Shown: piece by piece, positions 1-8,133 of the stretch
How the letters are laid out: the number at the start of each line of letters is the position of its first letter
Position numbering within the stretch: the first letter of the stretch is position 1
Source of the DNA: a virus
Taxonomy: Duplodnaviria > Caudoviricetes
Strand: one strand, 5' to 3'
IMG/VR virus record: IMGVR_UViG_3300020045_008503
Span: 1-26,355 of that record
Length of the DNA: 26,355 bases
Position numbers and translations under genes: made by a program
The notes under the pieces: generated by a model
What the model was told of the DNA's origin: nothing
Database searches by the model: none
The model's input: the letters and a program-made list of their open reading frames with translations, nothing else

Positions 1-424
1 TTGTCCCAACATTCACCAATTGAAGGATATAAGGGTTACGTCTTACAATTCTAGTAATCCCTTGCTCTCTTTCGGCTAAAGGAACTTGTCCTGTAACATT
101 TGTAGATAAAGCCATTGTTCCAGCTGCTTTCAATGTAAATTGAACGCTAGAGCCTGACTTTTCTTTCATTGCTGCAAGTTCAGTTTTTTTAGCGTCCAAT
201 ATTGAACCTAAAGACTCTTGAGCTTGTGCAGGAACTCCTTTTGTTTCTAGTCCTAACACACGTAGAGCTACTTCTTCGATGTCTGCCTTAATTGTCGCAA
301 CATCTTGTCCTTTTGTTTCTAAATCTTTTACTTTCGAAAGTACTTCGATAAGTTCGCTTTTAGAAACTGTTTCGTTTTTCATTGAGTCAATCTTTTGACC
401 CAATTCTTTAATGATTTCTTCCAT
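1..424 (-). CDS. Major capsid protein, HK97-like (N-terminal part; runs off window)
   Basis: ATG at 424, own translation MEEIIKELGQKIDSMKNETVSKSELIEVLSK...GITRIVRRNPYILQLVNVG. Coiled-coil delta-domain-like N-terminus; directly follows the prohead protease. Confidence 0.85.
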   Translation of the reverse strand, partial: MEEIIKELGQKIDSMKNETVSKSELIEVLSKVKDLETKGQDVATIKADIEEVALRVLGLETKGVPAQAQESLGSILDAKKTELAAMKEKSGSSVQFTLKAAGTMALSTNVTGQVPLAEREQGITRIVRRNPYILQLVNVGT

Positions 425-428
425 TTGT

Positions 429-1202
429 TTAAAATTTGTTTAATAGTTCTTTTAGTAATTCTTTTTGTTGTTCGCTTTGAGTGTCGTTTGACGGCTCTTG
501 TTTTTCGGCAGTGTCTTCGACGGCTTCCGTTTTGTCTTCTATTGTCGGGGTTAAGGAATTAGAACCATCCCACAACACACAACTATATTCTTTTAATTTT
601 GCTTCTCTAATTACCCAAAAATAACCTCTTTTGTCGGCTTCTTCTTGATTCCCTAATAACGGGTAAACGTCTGTCCAATTTTTGTAATATTCCGTTTCGG
701 TTGGATTATTTACTGCTAAATCCATTTTTACATAAATCATTCCTACAGAATGCTGTGTGATTTCATTGTTTTTATAAGCGTCAAAGACCTGACAATTATA
801 ATCTTCAATGAGTTCTGATTCACCAATAACACAAATAGTCTTCCCTTCTTTGTTGATTCCTAAATCACTCCAATTAATAGAAACTTCTTTTACGCTTTTT
901 ACATTTCCTACTTTTGCAGAAAAAGAATGGTTATGGTTATCAAAATGAAATATTTTGCCAATATTTTCTTTTATTGATTTGGTAAAAGTGCCTTTAACAT
1001 GAACATCGCCATGGGAATCAAGCCAGTAATAAGTGTTAGCAATAACTCTTTTATTGGTGCTTTCCTCTCCGTCCATAGCTAACTTAATAGTTTCCGAAAC
1101 GTCTTTAATCGGTAAAGTTGACACGCAATCAGAGTGTTTAATTGCGCTTTTCTTAATTGCAATTAATTCCTCTTTGTTTTTTATGATTTCATGTATTGTC
1201 AT
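429..1202 (-). CDS. Prohead (maturation) protease, HK97-type
   Basis: DSHGDVHVKGTFTKSI, H-containing HFDNH, HSVG and LKEYSCVLWDGSN motifs; located between portal and capsid genes. Confidence 0.8.
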   Translation of the reverse strand: MTIHEIIKNKEELIAIKKSAIKHSDCVSTLPIKDVSETIKLAMDGEESTNKRVIANTYYWLDSHGDVHVKGTFTKSIKENIGKIFHFDNHNHSFSAKVGNVKSVKEVSINWSDLGINKEGKTICVIGESELIEDYNCQVFDAYKNNEITQHSVGMIYVKMDLAVNNPTETEYYKNWTDVYPLLGNQEEADKRGYFWVIREAKLKEYSCVLWDGSNSLTPTIEDKTEAVEDTAEKQEPSNDTQSEQQKELLKELLNKF

Positions 1203-1294
1203 TTCTTGATAATTTTAGACATTTGTTTTTCTTTATCTGACTTTAATTTCTCTATTTGTGCCTTTGTTAATTCAGGCTTTTTTACCTCTTTCAT
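1199..1294 (-). CDS. 31-aa basic peptide (MKEVKKPELTKAQIEKLKSDKEKQMSKIIKK)
   Basis: Not in the ORF track. ATGA overlap with the portal stop and ATGA overlap with the protease start. Confidence 0.7.
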   Translation of the reverse strand: MKEVKKPELTKAQIEKLKSDKEKQMSKIIKK

Positions 1295-2472
1295 AACCCT
1301 AAAATTAATTTAAAATCATTACTTAACCGCTTTTGTTCTTCTGGACTTTCATATATCAAAGTTTCTTGAAAGGCTTTTAATGTTTCAATCTTAGCTTTCA
1401 TTACCAATTGCATTACGGGTAAATGGTTATAAGTAGCTTGTAAAGATTCGTTTTTGTCAATCAATCCTAAAGAACTAGCAAAACTATTCATTGTATTATT
1501 AGCATCTGTTTGGATTGAATTTTGAACATAGTCCAACATTGCTTTTTCTTTGTTTTCATAAGTACTTGAACCGTTAGAAAAATAGTTAAGAACATCCTTA
1601 TTCATGTCAAAAGCATTAAGACAAGTCAATGCGTCGTTACTGAATTGCTCGTCTAAATACAAACGCTTCATATCGCTAACTAAGTGTTGAGCCTTTATAT
1701 TTGCATTGGTAATCAATAAAGATTTTTGAGCTATTTTTTTGAATATATCCTGACGGTCTTTATCTTGAATTTGAGCTTCATTCCCATCGCCTTGACTAGC
1801 CATAAGATACTTTTGAGTCATCTTAAGATTAACATTCTTAGATAAAAGATTTTCTTCAATATTTTCTATAGTCTTAGATAAACCTTTCAATCTTGAGGGC
1901 GAACTCATCAAAGAATCACAAGTTAATCCATTGGCTAAGTCATAAGTAGGGATAATGTCTTTTAATTTAATATCAAAAGTTTGTCCATCCAGTTTGTATT
2001 TAATCTTTTTGTCACCGTACGCTTTTAGCTCCGATTTTGTATAGATAAATGACTTTACTTTGTGGGTATCGTTCAAGTCTATTTCAGAAGGAATAAGATT
2101 TAATATTGCTTTTGTAGTATTTAAAGCGTCAACTTTATATGTGAAGTTAGTTCCTGCCGCAGATAAAAACCACATTTGCTGAAAAAAGAAGTCTTCTTGT
2201 GACTGGAAATAATTTGGTTGTTTGAATAGTTTAATTACTTCGCTGTTTTCAATTGGTTTGCCAGCAGCATTTAAATGAGTTATTTTCATTTGAGAATATA
2301 TCTTAGCTCTCAAAGCAATAATAGCCAATAAAACAGGATTTGTTAAAGACATCTCTAAATACTCATTAGAGTTTACAAAACCTGATTGGTCAAGCCATTT
2401 ATAAGTGTAATTACCACTGCGGTCACGTTCCACACTGATACTTTTACCTGGCCAAAAATTAAATAATCCCAT
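1291..2472 (-). CDS. Phage portal protein
   Basis: 393 aa; LFKQPNYFQSQEDF motif (PN-x-Q) and STYENKEKA motif typical of HK97-family portals; follows terL. Confidence 0.88.
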   Translation of the reverse strand: MGLFNFWPGKSISVERDRSGNYTYKWLDQSGFVNSNEYLEMSLTNPVLLAIIALRAKIYSQMKITHLNAAGKPIENSEVIKLFKQPNYFQSQEDFFFQQMWFLSAAGTNFTYKVDALNTTKAILNLIPSEIDLNDTHKVKSFIYTKSELKAYGDKKIKYKLDGQTFDIKLKDIIPTYDLANGLTCDSLMSSPSRLKGLSKTIENIEENLLSKNVNLKMTQKYLMASQGDGNEAQIQDKDRQDIFKKIAQKSLLITNANIKAQHLVSDMKRLYLDEQFSNDALTCLNAFDMNKDVLNYFSNGSSTYENKEKAMLDYVQNSIQTDANNTMNSFASSLGLIDKNESLQATYNHLPVMQLVMKAKIETLKAFQETLIYESPEEQKRLSNDFKLILGL

Positions 2473-2479
2473 AAATACG

Positions 2480-2513
2480 ATGTTTCACAACATTGATAAT
2501 AAAAGCAAATATA
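2480..2513 (-). promoter_or_regulatory. Bacteroidota-type -7 promoter element plus GNRA hairpin in the portal leader
   Basis: Minus strand TATATTTG (2513-2506), then ATGTT-GTGA-AACAT hairpin (2493-2480) just before the portal ATG. Confidence 0.55.
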
Positions 2514-2525
2514 TAAAAAAAATAA

Positions 2526-3716
2526 TTAACTTAACCTAAAAACTTTTGTAAACCAAGAAATAACATATTTCATAGCGTCTAAAGCATGGTCATCTCCATT
2601 TTCTTCTGGTACATCCATTTGAATTCCTTGCCATATTTTCCATGAATAATTTTCATATTCTTGCTCAATATTAATAGATTCTTTTGTATAATGAATTTTA
2701 CTTTTCTGCATTGTTTCAATACCTGCCGAAATAGAGCCACTACCTTTTTTAGCTTGAATTACGTTATATCCTGCATTCTTTAATTTACGTGATTCTTCTT
2801 TATTTAGTTCGTTACCGCTATCACAAATAATTTGTTTGTGTTTTTCTATCCCTAGTCTTTCAAACTCGTCCGATAAACTGCCTTTTATTTCGTTTAATGG
2901 TTTGTATAATATCTCACGGAAAAAATAGTTTTCATCTTTATCGAATTTCATAGCGATTAAAGCTGTTGGCGCACTTAACCCAAAATCTAGTCCGTATCTT
3001 TTCTGGTATGGTAGTTTTTCAAAGTCTGCGTTTGATAATGTTTGCCATCCTTTAAAAATCCTGTTTGGTTTTTCGGCTTTCAATCCTAATCCATAAACAT
3101 TCCACATATAAGCATCAGCGGTCTTTTGTTGAATATTATATTCAGTTGGCTCGTATGATAATATTTTTTTCTTTTGCTCTAAAGGCACAAAAGGATTGTC
3201 TTTAAATGTAGAGTGAATTAATATTGCGTTATCTTGAGACACAAGGTCGTCACTCCATAACCTACCAACTGGATTGTAATCCATGAAAACAATTTCGCTG
3301 CAACGCATGTCTAACTGGTCAAAAGTAGATTTAGGCATTTTGTAAAACTCATTAAACCAAAGGTAATCTGAATGATAACCATGTACTTTCAACTCATCGT
3401 CTGTCCCCTCTATGTTTATTGTAGAACCATTAGGAAATGTAAATATAGATTCTGTTTTGTTAAAAACAATTGTATTGTAATTTTCTAAAGTTGGATAATA
3501 TTTAAGCATATCTTGTAAAATAGTATCCTTGCAATCTTTTTTTGTATTTCTAAAAATAGCTAGTTTGGTTCTTGGTTTACTCCAAGCTAATAACCAAAAA
3601 ATTTGTAAAATACTAAAGGTCTTGCTCGAACGAGAAGACCCTGAATTAATTATATATTTATATTTACCACTTTGCAAAGCGTCCCAATTCTTTTCAAAAA
3701 CAAGCGTCGCTTTCAT
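2526..3716 (-). CDS. terL: Terminase large subunit (PBSX/Terminase_3-like)
   Basis: Walker A GSSRSSKT, Walker B YLWFNE, DYNP coupling motif, nuclease YGLDFG and DDHALDAMKY. Confidence 0.95.
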   Translation of the reverse strand: MKATLVFEKNWDALQSGKYKYIINSGSSRSSKTFSILQIFWLLAWSKPRTKLAIFRNTKKDCKDTILQDMLKYYPTLENYNTIVFNKTESIFTFPNGSTINIEGTDDELKVHGYHSDYLWFNEFYKMPKSTFDQLDMRCSEIVFMDYNPVGRLWSDDLVSQDNAILIHSTFKDNPFVPLEQKKKILSYEPTEYNIQQKTADAYMWNVYGLGLKAEKPNRIFKGWQTLSNADFEKLPYQKRYGLDFGLSAPTALIAMKFDKDENYFFREILYKPLNEIKGSLSDEFERLGIEKHKQIICDSGNELNKEESRKLKNAGYNVIQAKKGSGSISAGIETMQKSKIHYTKESINIEQEYENYSWKIWQGIQMDVPEENGDDHALDAMKYVISWFTKVFRLS

Positions 3717-4171
3717 TAATCTGAATCTGGTTTAATTATTTCGATTTTAATATCATTCGATTGTATTTTACTGCCCCCTGAGGTAATGTCCGTATTATCA
3801 GATAGATTATTTAATCTTTGAGTAATTGAAGGATTATACATTCCTAACATACCCCCCGTTATTTGATTTGACCTAATTTCCTCTTTTATATGTGAACAGA
3901 TGGTGGTAAAGTCATCGTAATAACCTTCTCTGTTTAAAAAATATTCACGAACAACACCGTAGTTTTTATAACAAAATACGTTAAACCCCTCCATTGTATA
4001 AGGTAATTTCAAAGGGTCTTCCATTCTTTGACCTTCTTTGCCAACATACTGTATTTTAGTCCATTCTAAGGCTTCTTTTTTAAGATACTCCTTGTACTGT
4101 TCCCATGCTAGTTCTAACTCGTCAGGAGTCCTAAAAATACGTGTTGGATGTATGTTTCCGTTCCTAGCCAT
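3716..4171 (-). CDS. terS: Terminase small subunit (DNA-packaging gp3-like)
   Basis: FRTPDEL..WEQY, PYTMEGF, GGMLGMYNPSITQRL; abuts terL. Start at MARNG (4171) preferred over 4234 to avoid a large overlap. Confidence 0.85.
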   Translation of the reverse strand: MARNGNIHPTRIFRTPDELELAWEQYKEYLKKEALEWTKIQYVGKEGQRMEDPLKLPYTMEGFNVFCYKNYGVVREYFLNREGYYDDFTTICSHIKEEIRSNQITGGMLGMYNPSITQRLNNLSDNTDITSGGSKIQSNDIKIEIIKPDSD

Positions 4172-4376
4172 AAATAAACTCTTTAAACTTTTCAATTTCT
4201 TTAGTCGTATCGGAGATTTTAATACCTTCGACACCTTTTCTAGAAAACAAAGTTACTAAAAAAAAGTTAGATTTATAGAAACCTGTCAATTGTTTGTGAT
4301 AGTCCCAAAAATCATCATCTGAAATTGTAATTCTTAAATCTGTCACATCTACGCTATTTTGTAATTTCTCTATCAT
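4164..4376 (-). CDS. Hypothetical protein
   Basis: 70-aa ORF coupled to both neighbours. Confidence 0.6.
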   Translation of the reverse strand: MIEKLQNSVDVTDLRITISDDDFWDYHKQLTGFYKSNFFLVTLFSRKGVEGIKISDTTKEIEKFKEFIYG

Positions 4377-4747
4377 AACTTTTCAAAATTAATAATTACT
4401 TTGATTCCGTTTTCTTTAGCTTTATTTTGCAAAGCTTCAATTTCTTTGTCGTAGTTTGTCTTTGGTTTAATTCTGTATAGATTTTGGTCGTGTAAATCAT
4501 ACCATTTTTTTTCTTCTTCGTCAAATATTTGAAATATTGGCTTTTCACCTTCTTTATAAGATATAATTTCAGCATATCCACTACGTTCATTGTATAAGAA
4601 GTAATCATCTTGAATCCAATTACCAAGTGCGGATTCTTCAACTTTATCCCAATTTATTTTAAAATGCCTTCCTTTAAAAGTTGATTCTCTTACAATTTCA
4701 GCATCTTTAAAATACTCTTTAAGTTCTTCTAGTGTTGGTGTTTTCAT
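4373..4747 (-). CDS. Hypothetical phage protein
   Basis: 124-aa ORF, first gene after promoter motif copy A. Confidence 0.7.
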   Translation of the reverse strand: MKTPTLEELKEYFKDAEIVRESTFKGRHFKINWDKVEESALGNWIQDDYFLYNERSGYAEIISYKEGEKPIFQIFDEEEKKWYDLHDQNLYRIKPKTNYDKEIEALQNKAKENGIKVIINFEKL

Positions 4748-4767
4748 TGTTTATTAATTTTGTTATA

Positions 4768-4829
4768 CAAATATACAACACTAATTTAGTTATGCAATAC
4801 ATTAATTTCGTTTTAACATATTTTTAACA
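4768..4829 (-). promoter_or_regulatory. Conserved phage promoter, copy A
   Basis: Minus strand TGTTAAAAATATGTTAAAACGAAAT...TTGCA...TATATTTG; matches copies at 11032, 13206 and 19016. Confidence 0.7.
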
Positions 4830-4958
4830 TATTCCAAAGAAGAAATAATCAATCTTTTGTATCAGTTCTTTTAGTCTGTTTGGATTGTTTCCCTTTACAT
4901 ACAACTTATCACGTTCTTTTATTATTTCGTCGATTGTTGGTTGTTCAGGTTTTTTCAT
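4824..4958 (-). CDS. 44-aa hypothetical protein
   Basis: MKKPEQPTIDEIIKERDKLY...FFFGIC; starts immediately after the RusA stop. Confidence 0.6.
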   Translation of the reverse strand: MKKPEQPTIDEIIKERDKLYVKGNNPNRLKELIQKIDYFFFGIC

Positions 4959-5285
4959 TTAATAAACCTTAAATTTAATATACTCATCATCTTTTTTAAC
5001 TATAGCTTTAAAGACGTGTAACTCATATATGTACCTGTCGTCTACTTTGTACTTCTTAACTAAACAATCCACAAAACTTTTTACACAATTGTCTATATCA
5101 GAAGCTTTTGAACTAAATCCAAATTCAATTGCTAATTTTATATTTTTTTCGTCTGGAATATCTAATTTTTTAGGAAGCATTAACAAACAGTTTTTTATAA
5201 ATACATCGTATTTAACAGTCCTGAATCTTCTCCCTTGAAAGCATTCGTTAACGCTTAACGGCTTGATTTTAAGTGTATAATTCAT
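4959..5285 (-). CDS. rusA: RusA-like Holliday junction resolvase
   Basis: PLSVN N-terminus and SDIDNCVKSFVDCL..DDRYI catalytic motif. Confidence 0.85.
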   Translation of the reverse strand: MNYTLKIKPLSVNECFQGRRFRTVKYDVFIKNCLLMLPKKLDIPDEKNIKLAIEFGFSSKASDIDNCVKSFVDCLVKKYKVDDRYIYELHVFKAIVKKDDEYIKFKVY

Positions 5286-5287
5286 AG

Positions 5288-6130
5288 TTAAAATATATCT
5301 TCAATTAAATAAGGCAATGAATCACTATTAATATCAAAGTTAAACATATCAAACGAAATTCCCCTGCTATAAGGATTAGAAACATTTATAGTTTTATCTT
5401 CATTTATTTCCAACTCTATAACCGTTTCAGCCTTTTTCAAAACGTATGTACCCAAATGCCCCAAAGGTTTACCAGTTGTTCCAGATTTATGTATCACAGT
5501 TGTTATGTGTATATTATATTCGTAAGTCCAACGCATTATATAATCGCTCGCCTCTTTGCTCATTACAATATCATTTGTATTTTCCACTAAATCGGCTATC
5601 CCATCTATTGATAAAAATTTAACAGGTTCTTTATATAAAGTGTTTTGATTTTTCAAACAATAATCAATTAACTGTAGCCTTTGTAATGATGTTAAGTGTC
5701 TAGTAGCATAGCATTTATAGTTATCGTATTGCATCTGTGTTATATCCTGGACACGTCTAAAAGTTCTTTGAGCGTAGTACTTTCCTTGTTCTGTATCGAA
5801 ATCTAAAATAGTATAATCTTTATCCCTGTGACTTTTTATATTTCCAAATAAAATATTAGAATTACCTCCGATATAACAACCGATAAAAGCCGATTTTATA
5901 AATGATTTTTTAGCCTTTGAAACCGCTATAATTGCGCTAAATTCCCCAGCTGTCATTATTGAAGTTGGGTAATATTTGTTTTTATATAAATGCTCACCAA
6001 TTGACAGAAGTATCTCTGGAGCAATCATTTCCTCTGACAAATCAATATAACAATCATTTTGTATAGATAAAAAATCTACTATTTCATTTTCAATTTTAGA
6101 TATATCTAATTCGTTAAAATCTAAATCCAT
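5288..6130 (-). CDS. P-loop ATPase, RecA/AAA_25-like (putative helicase)
   Basis: Deviant Walker A IIAVSKAKKS, DFDTEQG, Walker B LSIDGIADL, VIH and GHLGT motifs; in the replication module. Confidence 0.75.
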   Translation of the reverse strand: MDLDFNELDISKIENEIVDFLSIQNDCYIDLSEEMIAPEILLSIGEHLYKNKYYPTSIMTAGEFSAIIAVSKAKKSFIKSAFIGCYIGGNSNILFGNIKSHRDKDYTILDFDTEQGKYYAQRTFRRVQDITQMQYDNYKCYATRHLTSLQRLQLIDYCLKNQNTLYKEPVKFLSIDGIADLVENTNDIVMSKEASDYIMRWTYEYNIHITTVIHKSGTTGKPLGHLGTYVLKKAETVIELEINEDKTINVSNPYSRGISFDMFNFDINSDSLPYLIEDIF

Positions 6131-6139
6131 ATTTTATTA

Positions 6140-6640
6140 TTATTTATAATTATCAATATCTTTTAAAAACTCATTAGCCGTATTATAAAACGACCTTTCT
6201 ACTTTGTCATGATTCCAAAATTTATTAAGTTTTTCCACGACTTCTTTTTGGTTTTTATTTAGTATTTTCAAATCATTTTCTTCATCCGTAAAATAAACAT
6301 AATTAGAAAGTCCTAAAGTATTTAAATACTCGTCAAAATCGTTTTTATTTAGATTTAATTTAAGTATCTCGATATGTTCCTGTATTGTCCCATCAAACAC
6401 ATTTGTCTGTATATGCTTAAGACATTGTTTCATATCTTTAAAATGCTCTAAATTTCTGTACATTACGAAGCAAAGTAATTTTGCGTAGAGTAAATTATCA
6501 TTGATGTACGTTTTTTGGCTATTTACAAGCTCGTCATTTAATTGTTTTAACGCTTCGATATCTTGACTAAAGATTTGGCTTTTTAACCGCTTAAACGTGT
6601 TAAAAATACGTTTTACTGAATTATCACTTTTCCAACTCAT
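6140..6640 (-). CDS. Hypothetical protein (replication module)
   Basis: 166-aa ORF, ATGA-type coupling to the initiator gene. Confidence 0.7.
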   Translation of the reverse strand: MSWKSDNSVKRIFNTFKRLKSQIFSQDIEALKQLNDELVNSQKTYINDNLLYAKLLCFVMYRNLEHFKDMKQCLKHIQTNVFDGTIQEHIEILKLNLNKNDFDEYLNTLGLSNYVYFTDEENDLKILNKNQKEVVEKLNKFWNHDKVERSFYNTANEFLKDIDNYK

Positions 6641-7311
6641 AACAATGGGGGTCTTTTGGTTGCGTTTTTCTTTTCTTGTTTATTAAGCCAATTAACGAAA
6701 TGAGTGCAATATTCTTTTTTGTTGTTTTTAATTTCAAATTGAACATTTATCATGTCGTTATAACTTTTTAAATACCTTTTAATTTCAGAAGGAACAAATT
6801 TTTGCTTTGATTGCATCGCAGTATTTTCAAGCCAAGATTCAGAAATAATTAATTCATTAAAAATCCTATCATTGTTGTTTTCTTTTATTATTTTTTCTTC
6901 TATTTTCTTCTCTTCTCTTATGGCATCATTTTCGCAAAGCGAATTTAATGCGGTCGCATTGCGCTCGCTTTCATCCTTTTGTTTACGTCGTTTTTCCCAT
7001 CCTTCTTTTGCGTTTTTTGAGTTTTGTTTACTAACATCATCAAACTCGTTAAGTTGTTCAGACAAGAATTTTATAAAAATATTACCATCCAGTACCTCAA
7101 TTATTTTTTCATCGCAAAGCGAATTTAATGCGGTCGCATTGCCAGCGCATAATTTTTGAATTGCTAATTTTAAAGGCACATCTCCAAGTCTTGACCAATA
7201 CATGCTGCATAAGTCAATAAACATTCCTTTTTCTTCTCTTGATAATATTTGTATATTACCATTTTCCCATTGGTTTGGTTCGAATTTAAAATATGGTAAT
7301 TCCTTAGCCAT
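6637..7311 (-). CDS. Putative replication initiator (DUF1376/YdaU-like N-terminus)
   Basis: LPYFKF...LSREEKGMFIDLCSMYW N-terminus, NAKEGWEKR linker, HFVNWL C-terminus; contains an internal DNA repeat. Confidence 0.7.
   Translation of the reverse strand: MAKELPYFKFEPNQWENGNIQILSREEKGMFIDLCSMYWSRLGDVPLKLAIQKLCAGNATALNSLCDEKIIEVLDGNIFIKFLSEQLNEFDDVSKQNSKNAKEGWEKRRKQKDESERNATALNSLCENDAIREEKKIEEKIIKENNNDRIFNELIISESWLENTAMQSKQKFVPSEIKRYLKSYNDMINVQFEIKNNKKEYCTHFVNWLNKQEKKNATKRPPLL
6932..7142. repeat. Two exact 31-bp direct repeats (6932-6962, 7112-7142); putative iterons/origin
   Basis: TCGCAAAGCGAATTTAATGCGGTCGCATTGC twice, 180 bp apart, each with internal palindromes. Confidence 0.8.
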
Positions 7312-7702
7312 TTTTTACCTCGCTTTCATCTAATATTTTGCACAAATCATCGTATGCAGAATGACCAAAATTTTCTTTTATAAAGTTAATACAGATGCCT
7401 GCCTTTGTTTTGTTTTTTGCGTTACTTACTGCTCTATTAGCGATTGCTTTCTTGTTTTTTGCAATTGATAATTTATAACCTAATTCAATATAATTTTTTG
7501 AACCGGGTTTATTATTACTTTGTTGTAATAAAAGTTTGTGATAAGCAACTTCCTCTTTTTCCACATTAGAAAGTAATATATCCAAGATACTTTCTTTTAA
7601 TCTGAAATTTATAATTCCAGAAATTTCTTCTAAATCAAAGTTTGGTCTTGTAATAATTTCTTTAGCTATTTCTTTTGAAACACTTTTTATAATATCATTC
7701 AT
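7304..7702 (-). CDS. Hypothetical protein
   Basis: 132-aa ORF overlapping the initiator start. Confidence 0.7.
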   Translation of the reverse strand: MNDIIKSVSKEIAKEIITRPNFDLEEISGIINFRLKESILDILLSNVEKEEVAYHKLLLQQSNNKPGSKNYIELGYKLSIAKNKKAIANRAVSNAKNKTKAGICINFIKENFGHSAYDDLCKILDESEVKNG

Positions 7703-7732
7703 AATATTATTTTTTTTTAAGTTTATTAAAAA

Positions 7733-7846
7733 TCAAAATCCCATCAATTTGGCAGTATTGTGAGAAGTGCCTCCTTGATAGGATTAGTATAATATTTTCC
7801 GTTATGTTTGTAATGCTTCTCACTTCATTACTATAGAGCAAATGTA
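7733..7846 (-). promoter_or_regulatory. Promoter plus structured leader/attenuator upstream of the replication genes
   Basis: TACATTTG -7 box (7846-7839); 11-bp stem 7737-7747/7775-7785 followed by U-rich tract; loop segment 7760-7767 complementary to 7816-7823. Confidence 0.6.
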
Positions 7847-7857
7847 CAAAACTTATT

Positions 7858-7986
7858 TCAATTTTTACTAAATAAATTTGTTAAAATTTTCCTGTGAATT
7901 TTATTTACTCGTTCGGAATTAACCCCGCGTTTAGCGTAAAATGTTAATACTCTTTTTATTCTTACTAAATTTGATTGCTTTGCCAT
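7858..7986 (-). CDS. 42-aa basic hypothetical protein
   Basis: MAKQSNLVRIKRVLTFYAKRGVNSERVNK...; own translation. Confidence 0.55.
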   Translation of the reverse strand: MAKQSNLVRIKRVLTFYAKRGVNSERVNKIHRKILTNLFSKN

Positions 7987-7988
7987 GG

Positions 7989-8072
7989 TTATTTTTTTTT
8001 ATTTGAACATTCTGTTTTATGTTTGTAAATTTCTCCGCATTCTAAACATTTATTGTATTGTGTATTTTTCAT
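7989..8072 (-). CDS. 27-aa peptide with CxxC...HxxxC
   Basis: MKNTQYNKCLECGEIYKHKTECSNKKK; stop lies 2 nt before the next ATG. Confidence 0.45.
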   Translation of the reverse strand: MKNTQYNKCLECGEIYKHKTECSNKKK

Positions 8073-8133
8073 AATTATATGCTTTTACTGTTATTTTGAT
8101 TAAAATAATGTACTTTATATGTTTTAACGTATA

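Noticed and set aside
4396-4641. 81-aa alternative-frame minus-strand ORF
   Set aside because: Fully nested in 4373..4747, which has the better start and coupling.
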